A stretch of 64,000 nt of DNA from an uncultured Gemmatimonadaceae bacterium (GCA_963790305.1 CAWBOC010000009.1:704001-768000); one strand, 5' to 3'. Positions 10,046 through 19,949 are shown, numbered from the stretch's first letter. Program-made: numbers and translations. Notes: generated from the letters alone by a model not told the origin.

Positions 10046-10140
10046 GGCTAACGAGCCGCTGCAGCCGACGAGCGGCGTGAGGAGGTCGGCTGAATCGAGA
10101 CAGTCCCGTGCCGCTCGCGGCTGAGCGGCAAGCATTAAGC
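10046..10140 (+). repeat. Foreign-type short attC with mutated R' (ATT instead of GTT)
   Basis: GGCTAAC-GAGCC-GCTGCAGCCGACGAGCGGC...GCCGCTCGCGGCTGAGCGGC-AAGC-ATTAAGC. Confidence 0.8.
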
Positions 10141-10151
10141 GGAGCATCCCG

Positions 10152-10736
10152 ATGGTGAGTGCCACGCGCATGTGTGCGATTCCGCTTATGCTGCTCGGCG
10201 TAGGATCTGCCCCCGCGCAAGTATCGATTTCGCAGGGAAAGAGCGGTCGGGTTGTGGTACTTCCCGATTCGGCAATGCCTCATGTGCTTACGCGATGCTC
10301 GCGCGGCGGACCAACCGGGGTGTCCGGATTCTGGCGCCCTACTCCCGCTGACGTCGCCACGGCCGAGGAGGCCGTCGATCGCGCTCTTGCCCGCGCTCTC
10401 GATAGCGCTATCGCGCGCGACTCCGCCGGCCACAGGGAGTGGCTCGGCCGTCCGCGAACGAGTTGGCCGGATGAGTATTACCGTCAATATGCTGGGCTCA
10501 CGTATCGCGATGGCCGTCGCACCATTTACGTCAACGGATTGGCGGCAGGATGGCCCAGAGAGCTAAGCGAACGCGTCGGACAGTCTGAGGCCGCGGGCTC
10601 CGATCCGTTCGCCAAACCCGACTGGTGGCGGTTTAACGCCGCGCACGTCTGTGACGGCGGCGTGTTCTTTTTCGGCGCCGAGTATGACCCATTGAGCAAA
10701 CGGGTGCTTGCATTTCAGTTCAACACTCGCGCTTGA
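10152..10736 (+). CDS. Secreted hypothetical protein
   Basis: Signal peptide; YYRQYAG...IYVNG...VCDGG--FFGAEYD. Confidence 0.75.
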   Translation: MVSATRMCAIPLMLLGVGSAPAQVSISQGKSGRVVVLPDSAMPHVLTRCSRGGPTGVSGFWRPTPADVATAEEAVDRALARALDSAIARDSAGHREWLGRPRTSWPDEYYRQYAGLTYRDGRRTIYVNGLAAGWPRELSERVGQSEAAGSDPFAKPDWWRFNAAHVCDGGVFFFGAEYDPLSKRVLAFQFNTRA

Positions 10737-10766
10737 GTCAGCGTCAGCCCACTATCACGACCAGTC

Positions 10767-10901
10767 GCATAACTAGCGCTTGCAACTGTCAGGCGCGACG
10801 TTTAAGGAAGCCATCGCAGTTCGACCCATATGAAGTGCAACGGCAAAGCGCGCGTTCGCGCGCTTTTGAGCGCCGCCTGCAGTTGAAACGCGGCGTTATG
10901 C
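10767..10901 (+). repeat. attC site, subfamily A
   Basis: GCATAAC...CGCCTGCAGTTGAAAC-GCGGC-GTTATGC. Confidence 0.9.
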
Positions 10902-10912
10902 GGACACCAGAC

Positions 10913-11146
10913 ATGACTCGCAATCTTACTCGATTCGCCCTTTGGATCGCGCTGACTGTTGTGGGCTCCACTCTGCTCGTCGTGCTCGCCTACTTCGTGA
11001 CCGGTTCCCTTGAGCAATTCCCCACAGAGGAGCAGCAAAACAACGTTCGAGTCGTAACAGGTGTCCTTGCGACCATACTGGTCGCCATCGAGATCGGGCT
11101 GTGGACCCTTCTTCGCCATACGAAGTCAAACGGACCCTCCCGGTGA
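10913..11146 (+). CDS. Small two-TM membrane protein
   Basis: Two hydrophobic helices around GSLEQFPTEEQQ. Confidence 0.75.
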   Translation: MTRNLTRFALWIALTVVGSTLLVVLAYFVTGSLEQFPTEEQQNNVRVVTGVLATILVAIEIGLWTLLRHTKSNGPSR

Positions 11147-11176
11147 GCGCGCTCCCAGAGCATCGCCGCGCCTGCC

Positions 11177-11324
11177 GCAGAACTAGCTGTTGCAACTGGC
11201 AGACGCGACGTCTATGGTAGCCATCGCGACTGAACCCCTTGAAGATTCGGGAGCGGTTCACCGACGTCCAAGGTGTCGACGAAGTGCCGCAGAACTAACT
11301 GCTACACCTGTCAGGCGCGATGTC
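11177..11324 (+). repeat. Two tandem attC left halves (11177-~11244 and 11289-~11324)
   Basis: GCAGAAC-TAGCTGTTGCAACTGGCAGACGCG and GCAGAAC-TAACTGCTACACCTGTCAGGCGCGATG, neither with a right arm. Confidence 0.75.
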
Positions 11325-11350
11325 GTCGAAATTCAATCTCGGACCCTCAT

Positions 11351-12422
11351 ATGAAGCAGTGGTTGCTGGCCAGCGCGATCGCACTTCTCGCAGGGGCATG
11401 CTCCCCCTCAACGGGTCCCGATGCGGGTCCCCCGGCGAAGACGCTCGCAGAATTCGGATCGCAGCTTGACCGCCTTCGCGCGCAACTCGCGATTCCGGGC
11501 ATGTCCGCAATCGTCATGGCGTACGATACGGTGGTGTGGGAAGGCTCGCTCGGCGTCGCCGACATCCCGTCGCAGAGGCCCGTGACGCCGACGACGCAGT
11601 TCCATCTGGCGTCGCTCACGAAGACCTTCGCATCGACCATTGTGTTGCAACTCGTCGAGGACGGACTGGTACACCTTGACGATCCGATTAGCGACTATGG
11701 ACTGAGCCTGGCGAGCCCCGGCGTCATTCGCGTGCGCCACCTATTGTCGCACACGTCCGAGGGCGTTCCCGGCGATGCGTTTCGCTACAACGGCGACCGC
11801 TTCGCTCTGCTTGACCAAGTAATTCAGCGAGCGACGGGCGAGTCGTTTGCGAGGCGTCTCATGGAGCGCATTGTCACGCCGCTCGCGCTCCTCCACACGG
11901 CTCCTAATCCGCTCAACGCGGTAGCATTTGCGGCATCGGAACGCGACGCCGCGAGGTATATCGCCGAGAATGGCGACAGGCTACGGGATCGACTATCGCA
12001 TGCGCCCGGTACCAGTCGCGTATCCCGCCTCGTTCAGCAGCGCCGCCGGCCTAGTGTCGACCGCGAGTGACGTCGCGCGCTATTCGACGGCGCTCGACGC
12101 GGGACAATTCGTCGGCGCCGCGACCCGCACGCTCGCATACACACCCTCGAGGGGCGGCGACAATCGGATTCTCCCCCACGGCCTCGGCTGGTTCATCAGT
12201 ACGGTTGGTGGGCACACTCTGATATGGCATTACGGCTACTGGACAGGCAATTCGTCGCTCATCATCAAGGAACCCAGCCGGGGCCTTACCTTCGTCGCGC
12301 TGACGAACAGTGACCAGCTGAGTGCCCGGTTTAGACTCGGCACCGGCGATCTGATGAGTTCCACCGTCGCGCAGGCGTTCGTGAACGCGTTCGTAACCGG
12401 ATCTCTCGGAATTGGACCGTGA
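11351..12422 (+). pseudogene. Serine hydrolase (beta-lactamase/PBP-like) lipoprotein, one frameshift at ~11969
   Basis: FHLASLTK (SxxK), HLLSHTS, FRYNG; continues in +1 frame to HGLGW...WHYG. Confidence 0.85.
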
Positions 12423-12524
12423 CACTTTTCGATTGTGACGCCACGGCGAACTGACAAGCAGGTGTGATGCGGCGCTCCACATCGGTGTAGTCTCTTTACG
12501 CGTTCGGCATAGGCGAAGCACGCC

Positions 12525-12660
12525 GCAGAACTAGCTGCTGCAACTGTCACACGCGCATGTTACGGTATTCATCGCAGTCCGCCTCCTTGAAGTGCAGCTG
12601 CAAAGCCGCGCTGTCGCGCCCCTTCAAGTCAACCGCGTCCAGTTGAGCGCGGCGTTATGC
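12525..12660 (+). repeat. attC site, subfamily A (diverged)
   Basis: GCAGAAC-TAGCTGCTGCAACTG...CAGTTGAGC-GCGGC-GTTATGC. Confidence 0.85.
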
Positions 12661-12704
12661 ACCACCTTGGGTTTTCCTATCATTTGTGATCTCACGGAGG
12701 CACC

Positions 12705-12986
12705 ATGGTCCAACGATTGAGCCGCTTCTCGGTTGGCCAAACGGCGAAAGTCCTCGGCCTGCTATATGGCCTCATGGGACTCATTCTCCTGCCCTTCTTC
12801 CTCATTGGTGCAATGTTCTCTACCGGCGATGATGGTTTTGGGGTCGGCTTTGCTCTGGCCGTCCCCGTCCTCTACGGCGTGTTTGGGTTCATATTCACCG
12901 CGATCGGATGTGCCCTGTACAACTGGGTCGCACGTAAGGTAGGCGGGATTGAACTCAGCCTGGACACGGAGGTCCGTACGGTGTGA
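12705..12986 (+). CDS. Small membrane protein (DUF3566-like)
   Basis: GGAGG RBS; QTAKVLGLLY...CALYNWVARKVGGIE. Confidence 0.75.
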   Translation: MVQRLSRFSVGQTAKVLGLLYGLMGLILLPFFLIGAMFSTGDDGFGVGFALAVPVLYGVFGFIFTAIGCALYNWVARKVGGIELSLDTEVRTV

Positions 12987-13062
12987 GGCTTCGCAGGCTC
13001 GGGCGCGGCGACTCCCGGGTGGGCGGGAGAGGCGGCGAGGCGGAGTGATGGCGCGCCGTGCT

Positions 13063-13094
13063 GCATAACTAGCGGTTGCACCGGTAGGCGCGAT
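13063..13094 (+). repeat. attC left half
   Basis: GCATAAC-TAGCGGTTGCACCGGTAGGCGCGATA then unrelated sequence. Confidence 0.75.
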
Positions 13095-13142
13095 ACGGAC
13101 GCCAGGCATAACGGTAAGGCCATCCCCCGAAGACCCGATCCT

Positions 13143-13575
13143 ATGAAAGCCGTCTCGGCCGTGCTCATTGTCGCCCTAGCCGCAGCGTGCGAAACGACCG
13201 CGCGCGACCCTGGTAGCGACTCGGCGGCCGATACTCGCGTGCACACGGCCTCAGGGCTGATCTACGAGACCACGAACCCCGGAACAGGTCGGGCCGCGCG
13301 CCGCGGCGATACCGTGCGCATCCACGAGACGCTGTCGCTCGCCGATGGCCGGGTGATCTTTAACAGTCGCGAGAAGGGGGCACCCGTCACCTTCGTCCTC
13401 GGTGCCAATCAAGTGATCCCCGGCGTTGAAGAGGGAGTGACCGGGATGCGCGTCGGCGAGCGGCGCTCCCTCGTCGTGCCACCGTCGCTCGAATGGGCGC
13501 ACCTACGACCCGGCATTCATCCCGGCGGGGTCTACCTTGTACTACGACATCGAGCTCGTCACCATCGTCAAGTGA
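13143..13575 (+). pseudogene. FKBP-type peptidyl-prolyl isomerase lipoprotein, frameshift at ~13492
   Basis: TASGLIY...FVLGANQVIPGVEEGVTGMRVGERRSLVVPPSL; +1 frame gives IPAGSTLYYDIELVTIVK-stop. Confidence 0.85.
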
Positions 13576-13628
13576 GTTTCGATCCCCGACTGGGCCCGCG
13601 ATACCCGCATGGCTCGTATGTGATGCGG

Positions 13629-13653
13629 CTGCAGCTGAATGGCGGCGTTAGGC
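13629..13653 (+). repeat. attC right half
   Basis: CTGCAGCTGAAT-GGCGGC-GTTAGGC. Confidence 0.7.
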
Positions 13654-13723
13654 GGCGGGGACGTTAATGCCCGCAGGCTCGAGAGAGAAGGCTGACGTCC
13701 GCAACCGAGGCTCGGTGCAGCCT

Positions 13724-14656
13724 TTACCGGTGATGCCGCGCAATGTCTTCGGCAGTGAGTCCGAGGAACTTCGCGGCGTTGTCGTAGAAGATGTCCTGCT
13801 TTTCCTCCACCGTCAGGAAATCGAGGCGATTGACGCGATCAATGGCCAGCGCGATTGCCTCAGGCCAGCGCATTTGGTCGCTGCCGAACATCACGCGGTC
13901 TAACATCCGCCTTCGCTTCGCCTCTTTGAGGAAGGGTTCAAGCATATCACCCGCGATCGGGGTCCAGCTCAACGCACCGATATCCACGTAGATATGCGGG
14001 TACATGGTCATGAGCATCAGTGCGTTTTGCGGAAAGAAGCCGCCGGCATGCATCACGTACACTTTCAGTTTCGGATATTTGACCAGCAGGTCCTCGAGGA
14101 GAAGCGGATCACCGAGTTGCAGGCGAAACTTGGGACAACAGGTATACGGTGTCCTGGGCGGACCGCCGCCGGTGTGGATTCCAACTGGTACGCGATGCTT
14201 CTCCGCAATCATCCAATAAGGATCGAACGCCGGATCCGACGGAGAGTAGCCTGCGTACTGCGCTGCGATCTCTCCGAACGCATCCAATCTCTTTTCCTGG
14301 AACAGTCGATCCAGGTCCTCCGGCTTCATGAATGTGGTGGGGTCATCGACGCCGATCGCCTTCAGGATGCGGTCTGGTGCAGCGGCGTCCCAGGGCTCGA
14401 CAGCAGCGACTGACGATCCTGAGACAATGCCGAGGACGACGTTCCTTTCCCTCATAATCTCGAGCGACCGCGTCATGTGTTCTTCAGCGGTCCTCGGCGA
14501 CATCTGGCCGGTCGCTGGATTCGGCGCCGGCTGCTCAAGACTCTCGCGCGTGTGGGCGTGCAGGTGCACATCGATTATCGGTCCGAGGTACTGCGCGGTG
14601 CTTTGAGCGTGCCCAACTGCCGGAATGAACGCGAGTGCGACGAGAAGCGTCTTCAT
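13724..14656 (-). CDS. Amidohydrolase family protein (secreted), inverted in cassette
   Basis: IIDVHLH, GEI, VGIHTG, MHAG, MFGSD motifs; bounded by GTTAGGC (13647) and GCCTAAC (14706). Confidence 0.9.
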   Translation of the reverse strand: MKTLLVALAFIPAVGHAQSTAQYLGPIIDVHLHAHTRESLEQPAPNPATGQMSPRTAEEHMTRSLEIMRERNVVLGIVSGSSVAAVEPWDAAAPDRILKAIGVDDPTTFMKPEDLDRLFQEKRLDAFGEIAAQYAGYSPSDPAFDPYWMIAEKHRVPVGIHTGGGPPRTPYTCCPKFRLQLGDPLLLEDLLVKYPKLKVYVMHAGGFFPQNALMLMTMYPHIYVDIGALSWTPIAGDMLEPFLKEAKRRRMLDRVMFGSDQMRWPEAIALAIDRVNRLDFLTVEEKQDIFYDNAAKFLGLTAEDIARHHR

Positions 14657-15049
14657 GATTGATCCTGGGAGAATACGGATTCTCTTCGACGTCTCCACGA
14701 ACGCAGCCTAACGCAACTGAACTCAACTTGGGCCTGGCAAGGCGCGATCGCTATAATGTGCTGGCCGCTGAACCAAGGCGTCAATCGTCGGACAGCGTCC
14801 TGGATTTGCGGCGCTTGTATTGCAGCGTGTTCTCCGCGACGCCTCACCGTTTTTCATCACAGCTGCGAGGGTCCATGCGCCCTGTCCCGTTTTTCCTCCG
14901 CCGGATCGTCGCATGGCCTGCCGCGTTCGTGCTCCTCACGCTCGCCCCCGCCGAGACCCTCGCGCAAGCGAAATTGGCGTGGTCCCTCACGGGCAGTGCC
15001 GGCGATTAAGCGGTGCCGCGGCCCCAGGACTCCAGCTGGAGGCTCGTTC

Positions 15050-15283
15050 ATGCGACGCAAACGCCGAGAGCGTACGCACAGCGTACGCGCGACAGTCAAG
15101 ATCGGGGAGTTGATGAAAACCGGTAGCTCGTTGCATCTCAATGTCTACGCGCGCGGCGCGAAGATCGGGACGCTCGAGCTCGGGCGGGGGTCGTTGTTTT
15201 GGCAGGGTGGCCGACGAAAGCGTCGGAAGCGCCTCCGGTGGTCACGGTTCGCCGAACATATGGACAAGCTTGCCTACACCTGA
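15050..15283 (+). CDS. Small basic hypothetical protein
   Basis: GGAGG RBS; KIGTLELGRGSLFWQGG...WSRFAEHMD. Confidence 0.65.
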   Translation: MRRKRRERTHSVRATVKIGELMKTGSSLHLNVYARGAKIGTLELGRGSLFWQGGRRKRRKRLRWSRFAEHMDKLAYT

Positions 15284-15400
15284 CCGCGCGAGCTCGCGGA
15301 TCTCGATCAGCCGTACACCTGGCTGCTGCAACTCACGCGCAATGTCCAACGTAGGCATCGCAGTTACCAATAGGTGCACGCAACCCATCCGGAGCACCCA

Positions 15401-15784
15401 ATGAAGCGCAACGTTACGCTGACCGTCCTGTCATTGCTCACGCTTCTCTTGTTGACGCTTCACCTAACGCACGACACTATCCGTCAGGCCGAGGGATCGG
15501 TCAAATATCCAATTCCCGTCGTCGTCTTCTCCCTGTGGCTCTACGCAACCCTGATGGCTTCCGATCGGGTCTGGGGGTACGTCGTCATGCTGCTCGGGGG
15601 ACTGTTCGGAGCGGCCATGATCGTCGTTCACGCGAAGGGACTCGTCGTCGGCAAGTCCGGGGGCTTCTTCTTCGTCTGGACAATGTTCGCGCTCAGCGCA
15701 ACGGGATGGGTCACGTTGATCCTCTCGGCCCGCGGATTGTGGATGGCGTTTCGCGCCAGGCGTTCCAGAGTGTCAGCCAGCTGA
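15401..15784 (+). CDS. Four-TM membrane protein
   Basis: GGAG RBS; hydrophobic helices. Confidence 0.75.
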   Translation: MKRNVTLTVLSLLTLLLLTLHLTHDTIRQAEGSVKYPIPVVVFSLWLYATLMASDRVWGYVVMLLGGLFGAAMIVVHAKGLVVGKSGGFFFVWTMFALSATGWVTLILSARGLWMAFRARRSRVSAS

Positions 15785-15911
15785 CCACGCGGCCGCGCCG
15801 AGGGCTTGCATTGAACGATCGCTGACCGATCTCAACATCGTTCTGCTCACACGTTCCACCAATGCGACCTGGGAGAAGGCCTTTTCCCGAACGCCGGAGT
15901 AGGGCGCCACT

Positions 15912-15946
15912 ACGAAGGCCGTCTGCAGTTGAGCGCGGCGTTATGC
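15912..15946 (+). repeat. attC right half
   Basis: CGTCTGCAGTTGAGC-GCGGC-GTTATGC. Confidence 0.75.
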
Positions 15947-15968
15947 GGCGACGACTATCCTTGCTGTC

Positions 15969-16433
15969 ATGGCACGACGAGCCCGCATTCTCGCAGTCAC
16001 GCTTGGCCTAACCCTGACAGGCGCCGTCTTCGGCGGCCTCGCCGGGGTGGTGGCCTTCGCCCTTGCCGTACTGGTCACCGAAGGATTCATCGGCGCGGTC
16101 AATGTCCAGATCCTGCCCTTCGCCGGGTACTTCGGGGCCGCAATAGGCGCCGTCGCTGCGCCAGCGGCAGGGTGGCTCCTGCTTCGCCACGTTCCGCTCG
16201 GCCGCGCCGTTCTCTCGACTGTCGCTGGTGCCGTGGCTGGCGGGGTTACCGGCTGGACTCTTGGCGAGCAATTCGCCACCACCGTTGACGGAGGTTCGGC
16301 ACTCGGAGACCCCTTCGTGAGTGCAGTTCTCGGAGCGGTAGCGGGGTTTCTCATCGCGGCCTTCATACTGCGGCGTCGGGCTTCAATGCACGAGAAGCAG
16401 TCGGTAAGGCTCGAGAAACCGCCGCATAACTAG
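15969..16433 (+). CDS. Gly/Ala-rich membrane protein (cassette)
   Basis: Cassette ends GTTATGCGGCG / CGCCGCATAAC; stop lies within attC. Confidence 0.8.
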   Translation: MARRARILAVTLGLTLTGAVFGGLAGVVAFALAVLVTEGFIGAVNVQILPFAGYFGAAIGAVAAPAAGWLLLRHVPLGRAVLSTVAGAVAGGVTGWTLGEQFATTVDGGSALGDPFVSAVLGAVAGFLIAAFILRRRASMHEKQSVRLEKPPHN

Positions 16434-16458
16434 CTGTTGCACCTGGCGAGCGCGATGT
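16424..16458 (+). repeat. attC left half
   Basis: GCATAAC-TAGCTGTTGCACCTGGCGAGCGCGATG then unrelated sequence. Confidence 0.8.
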
Positions 16459-16495
16459 GAAGTGGATCGCGGGGTCGCACAGCGCCTCCCGCATG

Positions 16496-17482
16496 TTACG
16501 ATTTGCGCGCCTTGGCAAGCTCGCGCCACGTGATCAGCTGAAAGCCCTGCTGCTTCAGCCAGTCGCGGAACTCGGCGTTGCGAACGAGATCGAAATCCCA
16601 CTGCCGCCACGCCGCTCCCCAATCGGGATGATCGAACGTCGCGCCGCGCATCTCGTCGTCGTCGTAGCCGAGGTGCAGAATGAGCTCATAAACCCCAGGT
16701 CCAAGCGGCGCCAGCATCGTCTTGTACGTGTCGACCCACTGCTCCCTCGATACACCGGGCCCCATCTGGAGCACGCGGTCCACGAGCGCGAGGCTCCGCG
16801 CGCGCTCGGCCCACGGCGGCGGTGGGTCGGCGCCGGGCACGATGGTGCGTTCGAGAAGCACGGGGAGTCCGTATGACTCTCCAAGCCCGAGGTAGACGTT
16901 GAACGGCGCTTCGGCGCGGAAGAGCGCGCCCATGTGCGAATCGAGGTGTGTGATGTTCACTCCGGCCCGTCGCGCGAGGTCGATCTGGGCTCGCAGCTCG
17001 CGCTCCACTTCGCGCGGATTCGTCCTCTCGACCCCGTCCGTCACCAGCGGCAGATAGCCGTCAGGCGCGAGCAGCGTCGGCACCTCACTGCGGCCGCTGA
17101 TCGGGCCCCAGCGCAGTGTCGTCCACTCGCTGTTGAGCGCGAGATGGATGCCGAGGTCCGCATCGGGATGCGCTCTGGCCCACGTCGCCACTTCGGCGAA
17201 CCAGGGCGACGGAACGAGAATGCTCGCCGAGGTGATCCAGCCTTTCTCCAGCGCCTCCAGCGATGCGCGATTCACCGAGTGCGACATGCCGACATCGTCG
17301 GCGTGCAGAATGAGAAGCTTGGCCGTCGCCGGATAGCCGAGGCGTTCCTGTATCGTGCGTGTGTCGCTCGGCGCTGGGGATTCGACGGTGAGAGCGCGAG
17401 AGCACGCCGTCGCGAGTGTGGCCATCGCGAACAGGGCCGACCGTGCGGTGAGTCGGGAGCTGCGTGCGGAAATTCGGGTCAT
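16496..17482 (-). CDS. ChbG/HpnK (YdjC) family deacetylase lipoprotein
   Basis: LILHADDVGM, GIHLALNSEW, THLDSHMG. Confidence 0.88.
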   Translation of the reverse strand: MTRISARSSRLTARSALFAMATLATACSRALTVESPAPSDTRTIQERLGYPATAKLLILHADDVGMSHSVNRASLEALEKGWITSASILVPSPWFAEVATWARAHPDADLGIHLALNSEWTTLRWGPISGRSEVPTLLAPDGYLPLVTDGVERTNPREVERELRAQIDLARRAGVNITHLDSHMGALFRAEAPFNVYLGLGESYGLPVLLERTIVPGADPPPPWAERARSLALVDRVLQMGPGVSREQWVDTYKTMLAPLGPGVYELILHLGYDDDEMRGATFDHPDWGAAWRQWDFDLVRNAEFRDWLKQQGFQLITWRELAKARKS

Positions 17483-17775
17483 ATAGCCGAAACCTCTTGA
17501 GGAAGCGGGCGCCAACGTAAGACATTGGCGGCCGACGCGCGAGGCAGACGCCACGCGACTTTCACCATGGCCAGTACTTGAGCGAGCTTGGGCCTCCGCC
17601 GTTGAGCTCGAGCCTGGACAACGTTCGAGAGGAGCGCACACCATTACGCCTTGAAAGGAAGACTCGCCGGAGTTGAGTGCGGCGTCATACGGACGACGCT
17701 CTCATCGATAAGGAGGCTTCGCAGAGTCGTGATTCTTCGCACCGGGTGCGACCGCGTTGTGCGGACAACCAAGCA

Positions 17776-18171
17776 ATGACTCTCAGGCAAATCGCGTGGT
17801 TCCTTGCCGCATATGTTGCGCTCGTAGCCATCGCGATATGGTTCAATCTCGCAGTCCTGTGCCAGGGTGATGTCAAGTTCGACGGTGGCTGCGGCGGCTT
17901 CGGTCTCTATATCCCTCTGTGGGAAGTCTTTCTCGCACCCCTCCCCATCGCTGCCATCCTTCTCGAGCGGTGGAAAAGGTCAGAACCGCCCGCCACTTGG
18001 CGCGTTCTCGGCTATCTCGCCGGAGTTCTAGTCGTTGCAGAAGTGGGTTTTCTTCTCATTGAGAGATTTCCAGTCTTGCTCGCTCTCGAGGCAATAGCGA
18101 TCGCACTTGCCAGCCTCATGCGCTGGAAGAGGATCCAACGTGCCGACGCTTCGCGGGCGGTCCGAAGTTAG
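17776..18171 (+). CDS. Membrane protein
   Basis: Four hydrophobic segments; CQGDVKFDGGCGG. Confidence 0.7.
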   Translation: MTLRQIAWFLAAYVALVAIAIWFNLAVLCQGDVKFDGGCGGFGLYIPLWEVFLAPLPIAAILLERWKRSEPPATWRVLGYLAGVLVVAEVGFLLIERFPVLLALEAIAIALASLMRWKRIQRADASRAVRS

Positions 18172-18285
18172 GCGGAGCGCGGTCGAGTCTCTGACGGGGA
18201 ACGGGCCCAGATCGCCCATCGGAATGCCGAGCGGATCGTCGGTATCACGCCATGATCGTGGAGTGCCAACACCATAGCCGCGCTT

Positions 18286-18333
18286 ACGCGCGCCTTTGAG
18301 AAGACCGCCCGCAGTTGAACGGTGGCGTTCTGT
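18286..18333 (+). repeat. attC right half
   Basis: CGCGCGCCTTTGAG...CCGCCCGCAGTTGAAC-GGTGGC-GTTCTGT. Confidence 0.75.
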
Positions 18334-18602
18334 GGACGCCGGGGTTACTTAGTTAGGCGGACAACGAGATGTCGTGGAGGCACCTGTTCTCTTCATTGCC
18401 ATTGCGACTACCAGCGCGCATGGACTCGTCACATCGTCGAATGCCCGGCCGGCCGGCAACGCAAGCGATCGACCGCGCGCTGGCGAATGACAATCGTCTC
18501 GCAGCAGGGCGCATCGAGAATGAACCTGTGCCTCACCGAGACGTTCCACGCGAGTGCAGCGCTCGTGAACGCCCCGCGGCCGTGCTTGTGCGGTCGAGGC
18601 TG

Positions 18603-19169
18603 ATGGTACATCTCGCAGGCGGCTGCCTCGCGCTCGTTGGACTGATACTCTCCTCCTGCAACCAGTCCCCGCGGGAGGCATCGCGACGACCGGCTACGCA
18701 GATAGTCCCTCCTCCGACGCCGTCGCAAATAGCCGCACGACTCGGAGTCACCAAGGCGGAATCCGATTCGGCCATCGCCGCCGTGCTCCGAAGCGCGGTC
18801 CCCCCAGATACCGCAGTCGGCTATCGCGTCGTTCGATGGGATTTCCGCGACCGGACCCGATACTTGATCCTCGCCTACCTTCCCCGGGACACTGCTGGTC
18901 ACTACCGCCCCGCGCTCTTCGCGATCGAGGACGGCCGCGTATCGGCTCCCTACGCCTTCAAGGACAACGAGCGCGTGGCGGTCAGGCGCATCGCCGATTT
19001 TGATCATGATGCTTTGCCTGACGTCGCGATTTGTGCGTCCCTCGAGGGGCGGGAAGACGTGGTTGTGGCGCGCGTCATGGGTTTTCGCAACCAGACGTGG
19101 TATCTCATTCCAGCGGCGAGCAGCGCGATCCCTCTTTGTACCTCGGCTGCTCTCTCATGGAGTCCCTAA
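18603..19169 (+). CDS. Hypothetical lipoprotein
   Basis: Lipobox-like ILSSC; ADFDHDALPDVA motif. Confidence 0.6.
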   Translation: MVHLAGGCLALVGLILSSCNQSPREASRRPATQIVPPPTPSQIAARLGVTKAESDSAIAAVLRSAVPPDTAVGYRVVRWDFRDRTRYLILAYLPRDTAGHYRPALFAIEDGRVSAPYAFKDNERVAVRRIADFDHDALPDVAICASLEGREDVVVARVMGFRNQTWYLIPAASSAIPLCTSAALSWSP

Positions 19170-19237
19170 GCGAGTTCATTCACATTCTACTTCCATCGCC
19201 GCGCACGGGCATTTGTCGTTAAGCAGCACCAAGCCTG

Positions 19238-19843
19238 ATGAACCGCATTTTCAGATCGGCAGACGGAGACACACGGCCGAACGCAACGGTCTATGATCTC
19301 AAGCAACTCGCGTTCGCCGTTTTCCTCTTCGAGCTCGTCATCGCGGCCCTCACCATCGCGACGCGTGCCTTCTTCGGCATCCGAACCGCGATATGGGTCG
19401 GCCTGGCGATCGGGGTCGTCGTCCTCGTTGCGTTTATCCTTATCACGCTCTTTGGTATTTTCACCCAGGCCGTCGCGGGGTTCTTCGCGCGCCGAGAGAC
19501 ACGCGCCCCACTCCAGGAGAGTCACATGGGTACCTCATCCACGGCTTCCGCCCCCCCGGCCACGGGCCGGTTGCTGCGCTGGGGCGGCTGGCTGCTCCTC
19601 ACGGTTGGCCTGCTCGGCCACCTGTACGCCGCCTACGCCATGGGAGGGAGCCGGATTGCCTACCTGCACCACGTCGGGGGGTTCGCACTGATCCTCCTCG
19701 TCACGGGTGGCCTCATCGCGGCCTTGGGCTATTGGTTGTGGCGGTCACGCCCGGCGCTCACTTTCTTCGCGATCGGGCTCGTGCAGGCGCTCATCGGCCT
19801 GTGGGTCGCGCTGGAGCCGTTCCGCGCCGCTACGGGTCGGTAA
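19238..19843 (+). CDS. Membrane protein, possibly two fused cassette genes
   Basis: Internal AGGAGAG plus in-frame ATG at 19526. Confidence 0.6.
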   Translation: MNRIFRSADGDTRPNATVYDLKQLAFAVFLFELVIAALTIATRAFFGIRTAIWVGLAIGVVVLVAFILITLFGIFTQAVAGFFARRETRAPLQESHMGTSSTASAPPATGRLLRWGGWLLLTVGLLGHLYAAYAMGGSRIAYLHHVGGFALILLVTGGLIAALGYWLWRSRPALTFFAIGLVQALIGLWVALEPFRAATGR

Positions 19844-19949
19844 GCCACCGCGCGCGGTGCTTCAAGTGAAACTGAAAACCGCGGCGTGCGCTCGACCTCC
19901 TGATCGGCGGAGCGCAGAAAGAGCGCGAGCAGGCATCACATCCACGGCC

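Noticed and set aside
11351..12422. True beta-lactam resistance gene
   Set aside because: SxxK only supports the broad serine-hydrolase family; the gene is also frameshifted as given.
14875..15009. Signal-peptide-like 44-aa ORF as a possible recoded (selenocysteine) gene
   Set aside because: The stop is TAA, not TGA; more likely a truncated gene fragment.
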